Below, piece after piece: positions 1 through 8,413 of a stretch of DNA of 51,047 bases. The notes beneath the pieces were generated by a model. The model was not told the origin of the DNA. It saw nothing but the letters and a program-made list of their open reading frames with translations, and ran no database searches. Every line of letters begins with the position of its first letter. Within the stretch, counting starts at the first letter, position 1. The translations under genes were made by a program, and so were the position numbers. The stretch is from a virus (taxonomy: Duplodnaviria; Caudoviricetes), in IMG/VR virus record IMGVR_UViG_3300014867_000001, positions 1 to 51,047 of that record. The stretch is one strand, 5' to 3'.

Positions 1-123
1 AGACGGGCGGCTTGCTTACTTCCTCCGCCTGACGAAGATCGAGTTGAAGGTCCTCACGGGTCCAGTGAAGAGGACGAGTGTAGAATCCGTAGACGTCGGA
101 TTCGTTCTCGCGGATGTGCGAAT
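1..123. repeat. Terminal direct repeat, copy 1 (circular assembly overlap)
   Basis: Identical to 50925-51047; lies inside the TerL reading frame. Confidence 0.95.
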
Positions 124-865
124 AGAGATCGTCGATACCCCATCTCGTCCCGATCAGGATGTCGATCGAGCTCTGCTCATCTACGAAGAGCGCTTCCGCG
201 GACTTGTAAAACGAGATAACCTTCTCGCGAACCGTAGGTTGTTCAAAGCTCTGCTTGTCTTCGAGGTCATCCTTGATTTGGATGGTGTAGTGACGAGAGA
301 CGATGTGCGAGTCAGCACCCGCCGCCTCGATCGTGTCTTCACCATACATTCCTTCGCGAGGGAAGAGTAGGTTCGAATTCGTCCAGGTCGTCCTCGTGAT
401 GTCAGGAATGATCTCGGGATAGACCCATGCGAGGACCTGATTCCGCTCGATCTGTTGACGGATGGACTGGATCTGTTTCTGAGCGTTCGTACTCGCGGAC
501 GAGCAAAGCAAGATGCGATGCTCAAGCCCGGGGATCCCCATCAAATCGTCCTGAATGAGATACCACAACGGAAGGGACTTACTCCCGATCGTGGATTTGT
601 AACAATCTCGCGGGACAAGCAAACACTTACGGAACGGGGCCAACGGAGGAGCGTTCGGCGTCTGGATGAAATTGCAAATCTCGAGGTGCGGATCGTCCTG
701 AAGCTTATCCCACTTGAGGATGGCCGTACTGAAGAAGTAAAGCGAGGCTTTCCCCATTCGACGGAGGTCGTCACGGAGTTTGTCTCCGTCACTCGACGTC
801 GGAGGAGTGATCCTCAACTGTTCGTTGAAGAACTTATTCTGCGCGTTCTTCGAGAGTATTTCCAC
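1..865 (-). CDS. terL: Terminase large subunit, N-terminal ATPase half (continues across the junction to 50086)
   Basis: Translated by hand in the frame continuous with ORF 50086..50919. Probable GTG start at 865. Motifs: LLVPRDCYKST (Walker A-like), IQIKDDLED (Walker B), LIGTRWGIDDLY. Missing from the ORF track because it runs off the window edge. Confidence 0.9.
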   Translation of the reverse strand, partial: MEILSKNAQNKFFNEQLRITPPTSSDGDKLRDDLRRMGKASLYFFSTAILKWDKLQDDPHLEICNFIQTPNAPPLAPFRKCLLVPRDCYKSTIGSKSLPLWYLIQDDLMGIPGLEHRILLCSSASTNAQKQIQSIRQQIERNQVLAWVYPEIIPDITRTTWTNSNLLFPREGMYGEDTIEAAGADSHIVSRHYTIQIKDDLEDKQSFEQPTVREKVISFYKSAEALFVDEQSSIDILIGTRWGIDDLYSHIRENESDVYGFYTRPLHWTREDLQLDLRQAEEVSKPPV

Positions 866-1427
866 TGACTAGTTTCGCTTCTTGTGCGCGACGCTGAAAC
901 ATCTCAAGATCCGACACTGCGATGTTGATGATCAGCGGCCGGCCTGAATCTCGGTGCCTCGGAGCGTGACCCGCACGATCGAGGAAGTCCTGCGCGATGC
1001 TCGCGGAGAGTTTCTCATCCCCCGTCATCTGCGCGATGTCGACGAGACGCTGCGCCATCTCCACTTCGTACTGCTGGAAGATGTCTTTGACACTGATCTC
1101 CGGTAACATGGAAGGAGGAAGGTTGTCCATCTCCTTCTTATTCAGCCAGTTGAAGTATCGCTGAAACCGAGCGTCGCGGAGCCAACAGAGGATCGTGTGA
1201 TACCCGTAACCGAGGGACTTTGCGAGGTCTCTCTTTGACGTCGAAGGTGCTCTCATCAGCAGCTCCGCCATCATTCTCCACTCGTGCCGTACCGGCTCCT
1301 GATATCCTTCAACTGTCGCCGTGACAAAGGAGAGCTCCGCCTTTGCGGAACGCAGCTCCTCCATCAGTTTCATACCGCCAGTATAGCCTACGTCCATTGG
1401 ATCCGCATACTGATGATTGAGTGCCAT
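834..1427 (-). CDS. terS: Terminase small subunit (HTH)
   Basis: Directly upstream of and overlapping TerL; HTH-like SKRDLAKSLGYGYHTILCWLRDARF; start placed at MALNHQ rather than 1652. Confidence 0.7.
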   Translation of the reverse strand: MALNHQYADPMDVGYTGGMKLMEELRSAKAELSFVTATVEGYQEPVRHEWRMMAELLMRAPSTSKRDLAKSLGYGYHTILCWLRDARFQRYFNWLNKKEMDNLPPSMLPEISVKDIFQQYEVEMAQRLVDIAQMTGDEKLSASIAQDFLDRAGHAPRHRDSGRPLIINIAVSDLEMFQRRAQEAKLVSGNTLEERAE

Positions 1428-1551
1428 GAGTGGAAAATGGGGTAATTTGAGAAAGGCCGACACTAAAGTTGGAACCTTTCTAAGTTTGGGGGTATGGGGG
1501 TGATGGTAGGAGATAATGGAAATTATTCTGTTATCGATGAAGGAGTGAGCT

Positions 1552-1827
1552 ATGCCGAGTGCGAAGCAGAGTGAGAAAGCGGTGCCTGTGAAGCTGACGG
1601 GGAATGAAACCATCGAGCAGGCGATTGCGTTGCTGACGAAGTCGTACGGCACGCAGAAGACGTTGCAGATGTTGAATCGGGGAGAGTACGATGTGCTCTA
1701 TCGCGATTCGAGGAACGAGGGAGCGTCCGAACGTCGTGCGTTCGAGAAGAAGCGGATCGACGCGCTGGAGAAGGAGTTCGTGAAGAGAGGTGGGAACCTC
1801 GCGGAGATCGAAGCGAAGTTGAAGTAG
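1552..1827 (+). CDS. Hypothetical early protein
   Basis: AAGGAG RBS; first gene of the + arm. Confidence 0.75.
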   Translation: MPSAKQSEKAVPVKLTGNETIEQAIALLTKSYGTQKTLQMLNRGEYDVLYRDSRNEGASERRAFEKKRIDALEKEFVKRGGNLAEIEAKLK

Positions 1828-1828
1828 A

Positions 1829-1874
1829 GCGGAATGGCCGAGGACGGACTGGATATCCGTTGTCGGCCTTCCGT
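1829..1874 (+). other. Long interrupted RNA hairpin (processing or stability element)
   Basis: GCGGAA-t-GGCCGA-gg-ACGGA...TCCGT-tg-TCGGCC-TTCCGT; no U tract. Confidence 0.55.
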
Positions 1875-1888
1875 GCTGAGGTGAAGCG

Positions 1889-2140
1889 ATGAAGTATCTC
1901 TTGTGTGTGAATTTCGATAGGAAAGCGGATGCGGATATGATCTCGAGGTGGATCGATCGACTCGATGTTCCTTTCGAGTGGATGGATCTGCCGAGCGTGA
2001 GCGACGTGAAGCTGCTCGTGATTCGTTGCGAGAGCGCTGAGGAGATTGAGGAGAGGATGAGAACGTTCGTCGATCGGAACATCATGACGGCGTTCGGGTT
2101 CTGGCAGCCAGAGAGAGTGGAGGTGTTTGATGGAGTTTGA
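1889..2140 (+). CDS. Hypothetical protein
   Basis: GAGGTG RBS; coupled to the next ORF. Confidence 0.7.
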   Translation: MKYLLCVNFDRKADADMISRWIDRLDVPFEWMDLPSVSDVKLLVIRCESAEEIEERMRTFVDRNIMTAFGFWQPERVEVFDGV

Positions 2141-2312
2141 TAAGATCGGGATGGTCATCACGCAGCTTGAAGACGGTCGTTGGAACATGATCGCGACTGG
2201 ATTCAAGAAGGTCGAAGAAGAGATGGAAGAACGACATGATCTCGGGAGCGTCACGTCGCGAGACAAGTCGACGTTGATCGATTGGTTCATCGAGAAGGTG
2301 GAGGAAGCGTGA
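2127..2312 (+). CDS. Hypothetical protein
   Basis: GGAGG upstream; overlaps both neighbours. Confidence 0.65.
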   Translation: MMEFDKIGMVITQLEDGRWNMIATGFKKVEEEMEERHDLGSVTSRDKSTLIDWFIEKVEEA

Positions 2313-2620
2313 GCTTCGAAGAACGACTCGCTGATCCGACGAAGTACATCGATCTTGCGAAGCATTTCGAGCAGGTTCGAGCCTACTGTGATTGGGAAGG
2401 TTTCGCAGATCATCAACAGTGCTTGGATCTGTTGAAGAAGGTTCTCAACGGACGAGACACAGAGAACGGCAACGATGAGATCGCGTTCACGTTGACGTTA
2501 CACTTCATCTATCAGAGGGCGGATTCGTACGCGCTTCCATCGGAAGATGAAGTTCAGGCGGTGTACGAAGCAATACTCGAATTACTCGGTGCAAGATGGT
2601 GGATGAAGGAGACTGCGTAG
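2309..2620 (+). CDS. Hypothetical protein
   Basis: GTGA overlap start with GGAGG RBS; followed by a terminator. Confidence 0.7.
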   Translation: MSFEERLADPTKYIDLAKHFEQVRAYCDWEGFADHQQCLDLLKKVLNGRDTENGNDEIAFTLTLHFIYQRADSYALPSEDEVQAVYEAILELLGARWWMKETA

Positions 2621-2629
2621 CGAACGTAC

Positions 2630-2670
2630 GCCGGAGAGAGCGATAGCTAGGCTCTCTCCGGCTTTCTTTT
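2630..2670 (+). terminator. Intrinsic terminator
   Basis: 12-bp perfect stem GCCGGAGAGAGC/GCTCTCTCCGGC followed by TTTCTTTT. Confidence 0.85.
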
Positions 2671-2938
2671 GCTCCGAAGCTCACTGTCGCGAATCGCGCT
2701 GAGTCTCTGAGTCTCGCTCCGCGATCCTCGACAAGTGACCGGGACTCCGTCCGACCAACCCGTTTTGGGGTTGAACACTCGCTCCGGAATTGGTTCCAAC
2801 TGAAGTGCGAACGCGACTTACCCGTGAGGAATGCTAGTATCTGGAATTCAAGCGTCAGTTCACAATGGCCAGTTCGTCAGTTGACGCGTTGAAAGCGCGC
2901 TGGATGGCAATCTTCACCCTGCCTAACCTGTTGAAAAC

Positions 2939-3020
2939 AAAGAAGATAGAGTATTATGTGTGTATATGATGTATGTATGTATGTATTGTATTGTATTTTG
3001 GATTCCAATATCTATTTTTA
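2939..3020. repeat. AT-rich short tandem repeats in the largest intergenic region (candidate origin unwinding element)
   Basis: (ATGT)x4 at 2969-2984, then (ATTGT)x2; no C on the + strand from 2939 to 3004. Confidence 0.5.
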
Positions 3021-3137
3021 GACGAGAACGCCAGAATCATGCGGCATCCGCACGGAAGGAGTTTAGAATGAAGGAGTTACGCATGCGTGAGTGAAGAGAA
3101 AATGACGTCTCGAGTCGCGTAACGACTGAATTGCATG

Positions 3138-3167
3138 TTGCTTTCCAGTGTGATAGGGTTGTATAAT
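3138..3167 (+). promoter_or_regulatory. Sigma70-like promoter
   Basis: TTGCTT-18 nt-TATAAT upstream of the RBS and ATG at 3191. Confidence 0.65.
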
Positions 3168-3190
3168 GAGTGTTGAAAGTGAGGAATGTT

Positions 3191-3820
3191 ATGCCGAGGG
3201 AGAAGAAACGAACCCTGCTCACGGTGACGGTTGACATCAACGATAGGATCTCCCTAACGTGGGGGAACCCCACCGGTACCCAGGACAGCGTCGACGGAGA
3301 GGCGAAGTGCGGACACTGTCTCGCGGTGGAGGATGTGAGCGATGCGAGGCTTCGCGATGATGGGAAAACGCTCATCGTGATCTACGGGGAAGGCAAGACT
3401 GGGAGACTCGTGAGTAGCTCGGGCTACACGCTCCGTGTGCTAGTGGAAGCGGGGATTAAGAAGATTCTCGTGCCGAAGTACTTTATCCGGTCTCGCAGTG
3501 GAGGACGTATCGCGGTCTTCGAAGACGGACTCGAAGCGAATGTGCTTTCCGTCCTCGGTGCAGCTCTCGGTATTGCGGATCCTTCCTGGAAGACGATGAA
3601 CTGCTGGGATGAAGACGTCAACCAGATCGTGTCTCGCACTGAACGTCCTATCGGCGGCTCCGTCGAATACTCCCGAGCGTACTACGCGAGGACAGCGGAG
3701 GTACGGCGGAAACAAGCCCGTACGAACTACCACACATCTCGCAACGCTCCTGCCATCGCTTCCACCGTCGACGAGCTCATCGCTCTTGCGAAGCAAGGCG
3801 GGGGCGGGGGGCCGCAATGA
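3191..3820 (+). CDS. Hypothetical protein with basic C-terminal helix
   Basis: GAGGA RBS; downstream of the promoter. Confidence 0.7.
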   Translation: MPREKKRTLLTVTVDINDRISLTWGNPTGTQDSVDGEAKCGHCLAVEDVSDARLRDDGKTLIVIYGEGKTGRLVSSSGYTLRVLVEAGIKKILVPKYFIRSRSGGRIAVFEDGLEANVLSVLGAALGIADPSWKTMNCWDEDVNQIVSRTERPIGGSVEYSRAYYARTAEVRRKQARTNYHTSRNAPAIASTVDELIALAKQGGGGGPQ

Positions 3821-3993
3821 CCGTTGCAATCCGGAAAGCCGCATTCGCGGAAGACCACGCTCCGGATGTCGACATTCTCATGATGGCGTTTCTCGCAGAG
3901 GACGATGACGACGTAGAAGAACGCCAACCGAAGCCGGGACGCTCGGACATCCGGTTTGTCCCCGTTGATTTTCCGAAGCGAAACGTTATATAA
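3817..3993 (+). CDS. Small hypothetical protein (58 aa)
   Basis: ATGA overlap; hand translation MTVAIRKAAFAEDHAPDVDILMMAFLAEDDDD... Confidence 0.5.
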   Translation: MTVAIRKAAFAEDHAPDVDILMMAFLAEDDDDVEERQPKPGRSDIRFVPVDFPKRNVI

Positions 3994-3994
3994 T
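3965..3994 (+). promoter_or_regulatory. Sigma70-like promoter
   Basis: TTGATT-18 nt-TATAAT; near copy at 7851-7880. Confidence 0.7.
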
Positions 3995-4003
3995 TAAGAT
4001 AAC

Positions 4004-4231
4004 ATGAAGTCCTACCTTCACATCACTCAAATCCTACCAAACACAGCGGTCGAGGACTTTCCGTTGCTCCTTGGTCGGTGGTTCCAAGGGAAGGAACATA
4101 CGTATGGTCTGTGCGCGGGATGTTTTAGGTTCATCCCCGCTCAGTGGTTGTATTTGTGTATACGGCCGTTCGGGAAAGGTGAGGAGTGGAAGTGCGACGA
4201 GTGTCCGGGTGTTAGGGTGAAGACGAATTAA
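4004..4231 (+). CDS. Small Cys-containing hypothetical protein
   Basis: CAGC...CDEC zinc-finger-like pairs; start immediately after the promoter. Confidence 0.5.
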   Translation: MKSYLHITQILPNTAVEDFPLLLGRWFQGKEHTYGLCAGCFRFIPAQWLYLCIRPFGKGEEWKCDECPGVRVKTN

Positions 4232-4258
4232 CCTCGATCTGTAAAAGGAGAACCAGGT

Positions 4259-5089
4259 GTGTCGAAACGCGTGATCATCGAAACAGACTTTCCAAACGAC
4301 CAGGAGGCGAAGGAGTACGTCCATCGTCTCAACGGTAAGGTGAAGTACGAAGGAACAGCTGCGTGGTTTGTGGAGCTTCCTCACTCGGAATGCTACGCTC
4401 TTCCGCTCCGTCCTCTCGACGTCGTCACCCTCGGGATGGCGTATTGTTCCTTCCTTAACAACCACTTCGAGGACGCGATCGGTCTCACCAATCCGAAGAG
4501 GATCGGGAACGAAGCGTTCAGGTCTCTCCACGAGGCCTACGGTCGAGAAGACATGGCAAAGCGAGGTTCGCAGGTGTACCATTACTGCGACATCCTCGTC
4601 GCGTGGTGTAAGGAGCGTGGGTTGATCATCGACAGTGGTGGACTAATGGCTTCCGATCCTCCGATCATCAATCTCCATCTCGACAACACCGAAATCGACA
4701 ACCGCGACACGGAAACAACTGAGCTTCACAGCCAAGGATATCGGATCGAGGTGTCAATGGACCTCGTTCGTGAAATTCTCCGGAATGCGAAGGAGAACGC
4801 CGAGGTCTCCGAGGTGAAGACGTACGTGATCGTCCACGACGAGTACATGGGCGTCTCTATGACAATGTACGAAGAAAAGAAAACGTGGCGTCAACTCCTT
4901 TTCGACCTGAACGGTGTCGAGCTCGATAATCTTGAAGAACCGATCGATGACGACGTTCCCGAGTTTAAGGGAAGGAAAGTCAAAGACCTTACTGACGAGG
5001 AACTTGAGAAGTTCTTCCACGAAGCCAACGGCAACGGGCAACCGTTCTACACCGTCTGGTGCGTCGAGGATCGGAAGCGTGTGCTGTGA
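4259..5089 (+). CDS. Hypothetical protein
   Basis: AAGGAG RBS; long ORF with phage-like codon use. Confidence 0.75.
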   Translation: MSKRVIIETDFPNDQEAKEYVHRLNGKVKYEGTAAWFVELPHSECYALPLRPLDVVTLGMAYCSFLNNHFEDAIGLTNPKRIGNEAFRSLHEAYGREDMAKRGSQVYHYCDILVAWCKERGLIIDSGGLMASDPPIINLHLDNTEIDNRDTETTELHSQGYRIEVSMDLVREILRNAKENAEVSEVKTYVIVHDEYMGVSMTMYEEKKTWRQLLFDLNGVELDNLEEPIDDDVPEFKGRKVKDLTDEELEKFFHEANGNGQPFYTVWCVEDRKRVL

Positions 5090-5286
5090 AGAAGATCCTC
5101 ATCTCCTACGAAATCTCCTTCTACAAAGTCATCGACGTCCAAGACGAAGCGTGGGAAACTCTCCTCGCAGACGAATCTGGCGACATCTGCAACGAACTCC
5201 TCGAACAGCATCCTCCTCCCGTCGATTACAAAGGCGGGTTCGAAACGGACATGCGTGAAGCATCCGCGCAAGAGGTGAAGGAATGA
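5086..5286 (+). CDS. Small acidic hypothetical protein
   Basis: GTGA overlap start. Confidence 0.6.
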   Translation: MKKILISYEISFYKVIDVQDEAWETLLADESGDICNELLEQHPPPVDYKGGFETDMREASAQEVKE

Positions 5287-5522
5287 GCCACAAACTCCTC
5301 CTCACCGTCGTCCTCGAACTCGACGTTCCCGTCGGAACGACTCCGAAGCAGATCTATTCCGTGTCCGAAGCGGCCCAACAAGGTGCTATCGGTGCAGCCG
5401 ACTCAATCTTCCCTGCCGAGCTCTACGCTAACTCCATCGAGTGTGACTGCGGCAACTGCGATATGGACGAAGACGTCGAAGCACAAACAGTCACCTGCTC
5501 CGAATGCGAGGTTTTCTCGTGA
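5283..5522 (+). CDS. Small Cys-rich hypothetical protein
   Basis: ATGA overlap; CDCGNC...CSEC. Confidence 0.6.
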   Translation: MSHKLLLTVVLELDVPVGTTPKQIYSVSEAAQQGAIGAADSIFPAELYANSIECDCGNCDMDEDVEAQTVTCSECEVFS

Positions 5523-5668
5523 GAAACTTCCTCCTCGGTCTCTTCAACGGATGCTGGTTCTTTCACATCTGGGTCTTCGATCGTGACGAAGACGGTCCCA
5601 TTCTCCGATGCAGCAGGTGTTGGTCGATTCACCGTCTTGACAACTTCATGAAGAAAGAGGCAGCATGA
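5519..5668 (+). CDS. Small hypothetical protein (49 aa)
   Basis: Fills the gap with 4-nt overlaps at both ends; C..FHIW...CSRC. Confidence 0.5.
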   Translation: MRNFLLGLFNGCWFFHIWVFDRDEDGPILRCSRCWSIHRLDNFMKKEAA

Positions 5669-5949
5669 GAAAACGAAAGCACGCGCCGACGAACGTTCAA
5701 CTCGAGCGGAGAATCCGTCGTTGTCTCCGGCGAAACGGGATGGAAGCAGGGAAGCGTCTTGCTTCCCGCCATGGTTACACCGTTTCGTCCTCCATGCTGA
5801 AGACCGCCGCACTCTGGTGGGAGCGTGCGAGACACCGTGCGAAGGAGAAGAAGGACTTCATCGACAACCACGGGCGTTTTGCGTGGCAGCTCCTCAGGCT
5901 CCGCATCCGCCAGGCTCAGGACGAGGAACGGTATGGCGTTCCGACGTAA
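5665..5949 (+). CDS. Basic hypothetical protein
   Basis: ATGA overlap; AGAGG RBS. Confidence 0.55.
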   Translation: MRKRKHAPTNVQLERRIRRCLRRNGMEAGKRLASRHGYTVSSSMLKTAALWWERARHRAKEKKDFIDNHGRFAWQLLRLRIRQAQDEERYGVPT

Positions 5950-6154
5950 GCATCCATTCTTCAATCGGGACGCGGACCTCCCAGCGGTAGAGGACTCTCG
6001 CATTTCCGAACCCGTTAAGGTAACGCGGTGTCAGTGCGAACACGTGAATTGTCACCCACGTGGGAACTGCCAACTTCCTGCGGATGGCATCGAAGAACAC
6101 TTCGGCATCAAACAGGCGTTGTGCCATCAGTGTGCTGGGAAGACTTGGCTATGA
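5933..6154 (+). CDS. Small Cys/His-rich hypothetical protein
   Basis: GAGGA RBS; CQCEH..CH...C...CHQC. Confidence 0.55.
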   Translation: MAFRRKHPFFNRDADLPAVEDSRISEPVKVTRCQCEHVNCHPRGNCQLPADGIEEHFGIKQALCHQCAGKTWL

Positions 6155-6531
6155 CAGACCTTCCTTTCGAGCCTATTGGCATCGACCACACTCGACTCGA
6201 CGGCGACGTCGAAATTCACGGGGACATCGTCTTCCGGGTCCCGGCATCACTACGAAATCCGGAACAGCTCGTGTACGACCACCTGATCTTCGGACGTTAT
6301 TGTCAGGAGCAAATCCTCCCCGCGATCAACGATTCCACTTGGCAGATGTTCCGTGCGTCGATCAAAGGCATCTCCACGCAGGAGAAGTTGAAAGCGTTGG
6401 AGGAGTATATCTGGGATAAGGCGATTCCGGTTGAGGATTCAATGTACAAGAAATGCCTCATCCCGAAGGTCGTTGCGGTGAGGGTTACGAACTACGTAAA
6501 CGCGTTGAAGAGGGGAGGTCAGTTGAAATGA
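6151..6531 (+). CDS. Hypothetical phage protein
   Basis: ATGA overlap; ends RVTNYVNALKRGGQLK. Confidence 0.7.
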   Translation: MTDLPFEPIGIDHTRLDGDVEIHGDIVFRVPASLRNPEQLVYDHLIFGRYCQEQILPAINDSTWQMFRASIKGISTQEKLKALEEYIWDKAIPVEDSMYKKCLIPKVVAVRVTNYVNALKRGGQLK

Positions 6532-6788
6532 CTGAATATGATGTGACTGAAGCGATGTTGAAGTACGGCGGCTCGTTCGTGCAGCAACTGGCGCGGTTGA
6601 TCCGCCTCGCGGACGCCGACAATAAGAGGCGACTCGTCGATGCGTTTCCCGAGTACCTCGCAGAATACCGAGTCTTGGCGGCGAGGACGGCGGCGTCCGA
6701 AGCTCGTAGCCTGCTGAAGCTCGATCCTGAAGCCCTCCTCGCCTCCCACGACAGGATCGCACGACAGCAGAACGAGGATGGCCAATGA
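6528..6788 (+). CDS. Hypothetical phage protein
   Basis: GGAGG RBS; YGGSFV..LA...AD..N motif common in small phage proteins. Confidence 0.7.
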   Translation: MTEYDVTEAMLKYGGSFVQQLARLIRLADADNKRRLVDAFPEYLAEYRVLAARTAASEARSLLKLDPEALLASHDRIARQQNEDGQ

Positions 6789-7066
6789 ACACCTGGCTCC
6801 AAATCCTCGCAGTCACCTTCCAACTCGCGGATGCAGGCAACACCTGCTACTCCGTGAAACACGGGATGCACGAAGCTAACCCCGTCATCGTCAAGCTCTT
6901 CGGTGCGAAGCCTTCCTGCACGCAGCTATTCGCGCTCAAGGGGGCGATCCTCGCACCGATGTTCATTCTCCCGAAAGGGAAGTTCAAAACCGCAATCACG
7001 ATCGGGAATATCGGTTCCGGCGGAATCGGATTCTCAGTCTCACTCTACAACAGGAGCAGGAAATGA
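6785..7066 (+). CDS. Small membrane protein (DUF5658-like)
   Basis: AD..NT...G.HEANP motif between hydrophobic segments. Confidence 0.55.
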   Translation: MNTWLQILAVTFQLADAGNTCYSVKHGMHEANPVIVKLFGAKPSCTQLFALKGAILAPMFILPKGKFKTAITIGNIGSGGIGFSVSLYNRSRK

Positions 7067-7269
7067 TCAGGAAAGCCATCTTCGTCATGGAACATCACTC
7101 GGGGCACGTTCACTCGAACCGATTCAACTGCTTGACGGTTACGACTGACAATCCGGAAACGGTCAGCGTTCCGGACGGCGTCAAGCTGGAGAAAGCCAAC
7201 TTCTACATCCCGAAACCCCTCGCGGACGGCGCGAAGAAGATCAAGGTGACGATCGAGGTGGTTGAGTGA
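7063..7269 (+). CDS. Hypothetical protein
   Basis: AGGAG RBS; ATGA overlap. Confidence 0.65.
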   Translation: MIRKAIFVMEHHSGHVHSNRFNCLTVTTDNPETVSVPDGVKLEKANFYIPKPLADGAKKIKVTIEVVE

Positions 7270-7592
7270 TCGGAACGCTCACTACGTCGGGGTCTTACGC
7301 TCTCGAGAAGGTATTCCGTTTACAGGGGGAACACTTTCTCGGGTGGCGACGAGATCCCGACGACACGGAACTCAAACTTTCCTCCGTGACGTTTTTCACG
7401 GACGATAGTTCCTTCCCAGAGGATGCTATTCGTTTTCCTGTCCTCATGTCGCCTCGAGCCCTCGCACAACTAATCGAGGATCACTGTAGTATCGTTCGTT
7501 ACGGTGCTACTGAGTTCCCTCAACTGTATACCGTGACACTTGATGGAAGTTCCATTAAGGGGATCACTCCTTCTTACAGGGAGATCAAATGA
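7266..7592 (+). CDS. Hypothetical protein
   Basis: Coupled overlaps at both ends. Confidence 0.6.
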   Translation: MIGTLTTSGSYALEKVFRLQGEHFLGWRRDPDDTELKLSSVTFFTDDSSFPEDAIRFPVLMSPRALAQLIEDHCSIVRYGATEFPQLYTVTLDGSSIKGITPSYREIK

Positions 7593-7843
7593 GCGTCCTC
7601 GGTCGTAGGGAAGAGATTGCCATCCTCAAGGCGGAGGCCGTAAAACGTCTCCGTAGCGAATTGGAAGCAGCGAAGGAGCAGATCGGTGACCTACTCGATC
7701 TTTCCAGCGAACAACTAATCCGGGACATCGGCGGCGTGCAATCCCGAATCACGGAAATCGCTTCTTGGGTTGCGGTCTTCCGGTCGTATGAAGCCGCCGA
7801 CCGGGCCGAGATCACGAGAGTGAATCCGCCTCTTGACGTTTGA
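7589..7843 (+). CDS. Hypothetical coiled-coil protein
   Basis: GGGAG RBS; ATGA overlap. Confidence 0.6.
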   Translation: MSVLGRREEIAILKAEAVKRLRSELEAAKEQIGDLLDLSSEQLIRDIGGVQSRITEIASWVAVFRSYEAADRAEITRVNPPLDV

Positions 7844-7850
7844 TTCCCAG

Positions 7851-7880
7851 TTGATTTTCGGAATCAATCTGTTATATAAT
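7851..7880 (+). promoter_or_regulatory. Sigma70-like promoter with overlapping inverted repeat
   Basis: TTGATT-18 nt-TATAAT; TTGATT-TTCGG-AATCAA palindrome. Confidence 0.7.
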
Positions 7881-7929
7881 GGTTGTAGAATGAAAGAAGG
7901 CACACACAACGCGGAACAAAACTTGCACG

Positions 7930-7959
7930 TTGCAATCAAGATTCGCGGTGTGTTATACT
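7930..7959 (+). promoter_or_regulatory. Sigma70-like promoter with extended -10
   Basis: TTGCAA-18 nt-TATACT, preceded by TGn. Confidence 0.65.
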
Positions 7960-8002
7960 TCTCTAGTCGTTAACAAAGTAAGTGTTTTCAGGAGACACAG
8001 TC

Positions 8003-8350
8003 ATGGACATGTCGAAGTTCGAAACCGAGATCAAGGCGATGAACCCCGATCAGGTTCGCGCGGAGCTCGCCAAGGCGAAGGCCGAAGCCGCCAAGCGGAT
8101 GGCGCACCAGAAGGAGTACAACGCGAAGCCGGAGAACCAGGCCAAGCGGAAGGAGTACTCCAAGACGTACAACTCCCGCCCGGAAGTGCAGGAGAAGCGT
8201 CTCGAGTACCGGAAGGCCTACATGGCCCGCCCGGAGGTCAAGGAGCGCCAGAAGGCGTACCGCACCGGCCGCACCGAGTACATCAAGGCGCTCGAGGCGA
8301 AGGCCCAGGAGCTCGGGATCGACCTCTCCACCATCCAACCGTCGGCGTAG
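8003..8350 (+). CDS. Basic helical repeat protein, probably highly expressed
   Basis: AGGAG RBS; tandem promoters; strongly G/C-ending codons; repeats YxxRPEVxxRxxxY. Confidence 0.8.
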   Translation: MDMSKFETEIKAMNPDQVRAELAKAKAEAAKRMAHQKEYNAKPENQAKRKEYSKTYNSRPEVQEKRLEYRKAYMARPEVKERQKAYRTGRTEYIKALEAKAQELGIDLSTIQPSA

Positions 8351-8363
8351 TCGACAAGCGAAC

Positions 8364-8394
8364 GGGAGAGCGTACGTTGCTCTCCCTTTCGTTT
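8364..8394 (+). terminator. Intrinsic terminator-like hairpin upstream of queC
   Basis: GGGAGAGC/GCTCTCCC stem followed by TTTCGTTT. Confidence 0.65.
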
Positions 8395-8413
8395 GCCGTA
8401 GGAGTTGCATACA

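Noticed and set aside
1-123. Terminal repeat as a physical genome end
   Set aside because: It falls inside the TerL coding frame, which reads through the junction. This is best explained as assembly overlap of a circularly permuted genome.
1531-2416. Long - strand ORFs (184 and 288 aa)
   Set aside because: Ser/Arg-rich shadows of + strand genes that have good RBSs.
3797-3812. G-run as a phase-variable tract
   Set aside because: The runs are short (G5 and G6) and simply encode a Gly stretch at the end of a gene.
8352-8413. preQ1 riboswitch upstream of queC
   Set aside because: The hairpin lacks the A-rich 3' tail and loop consensus of preQ1-I; it looks like a terminator.
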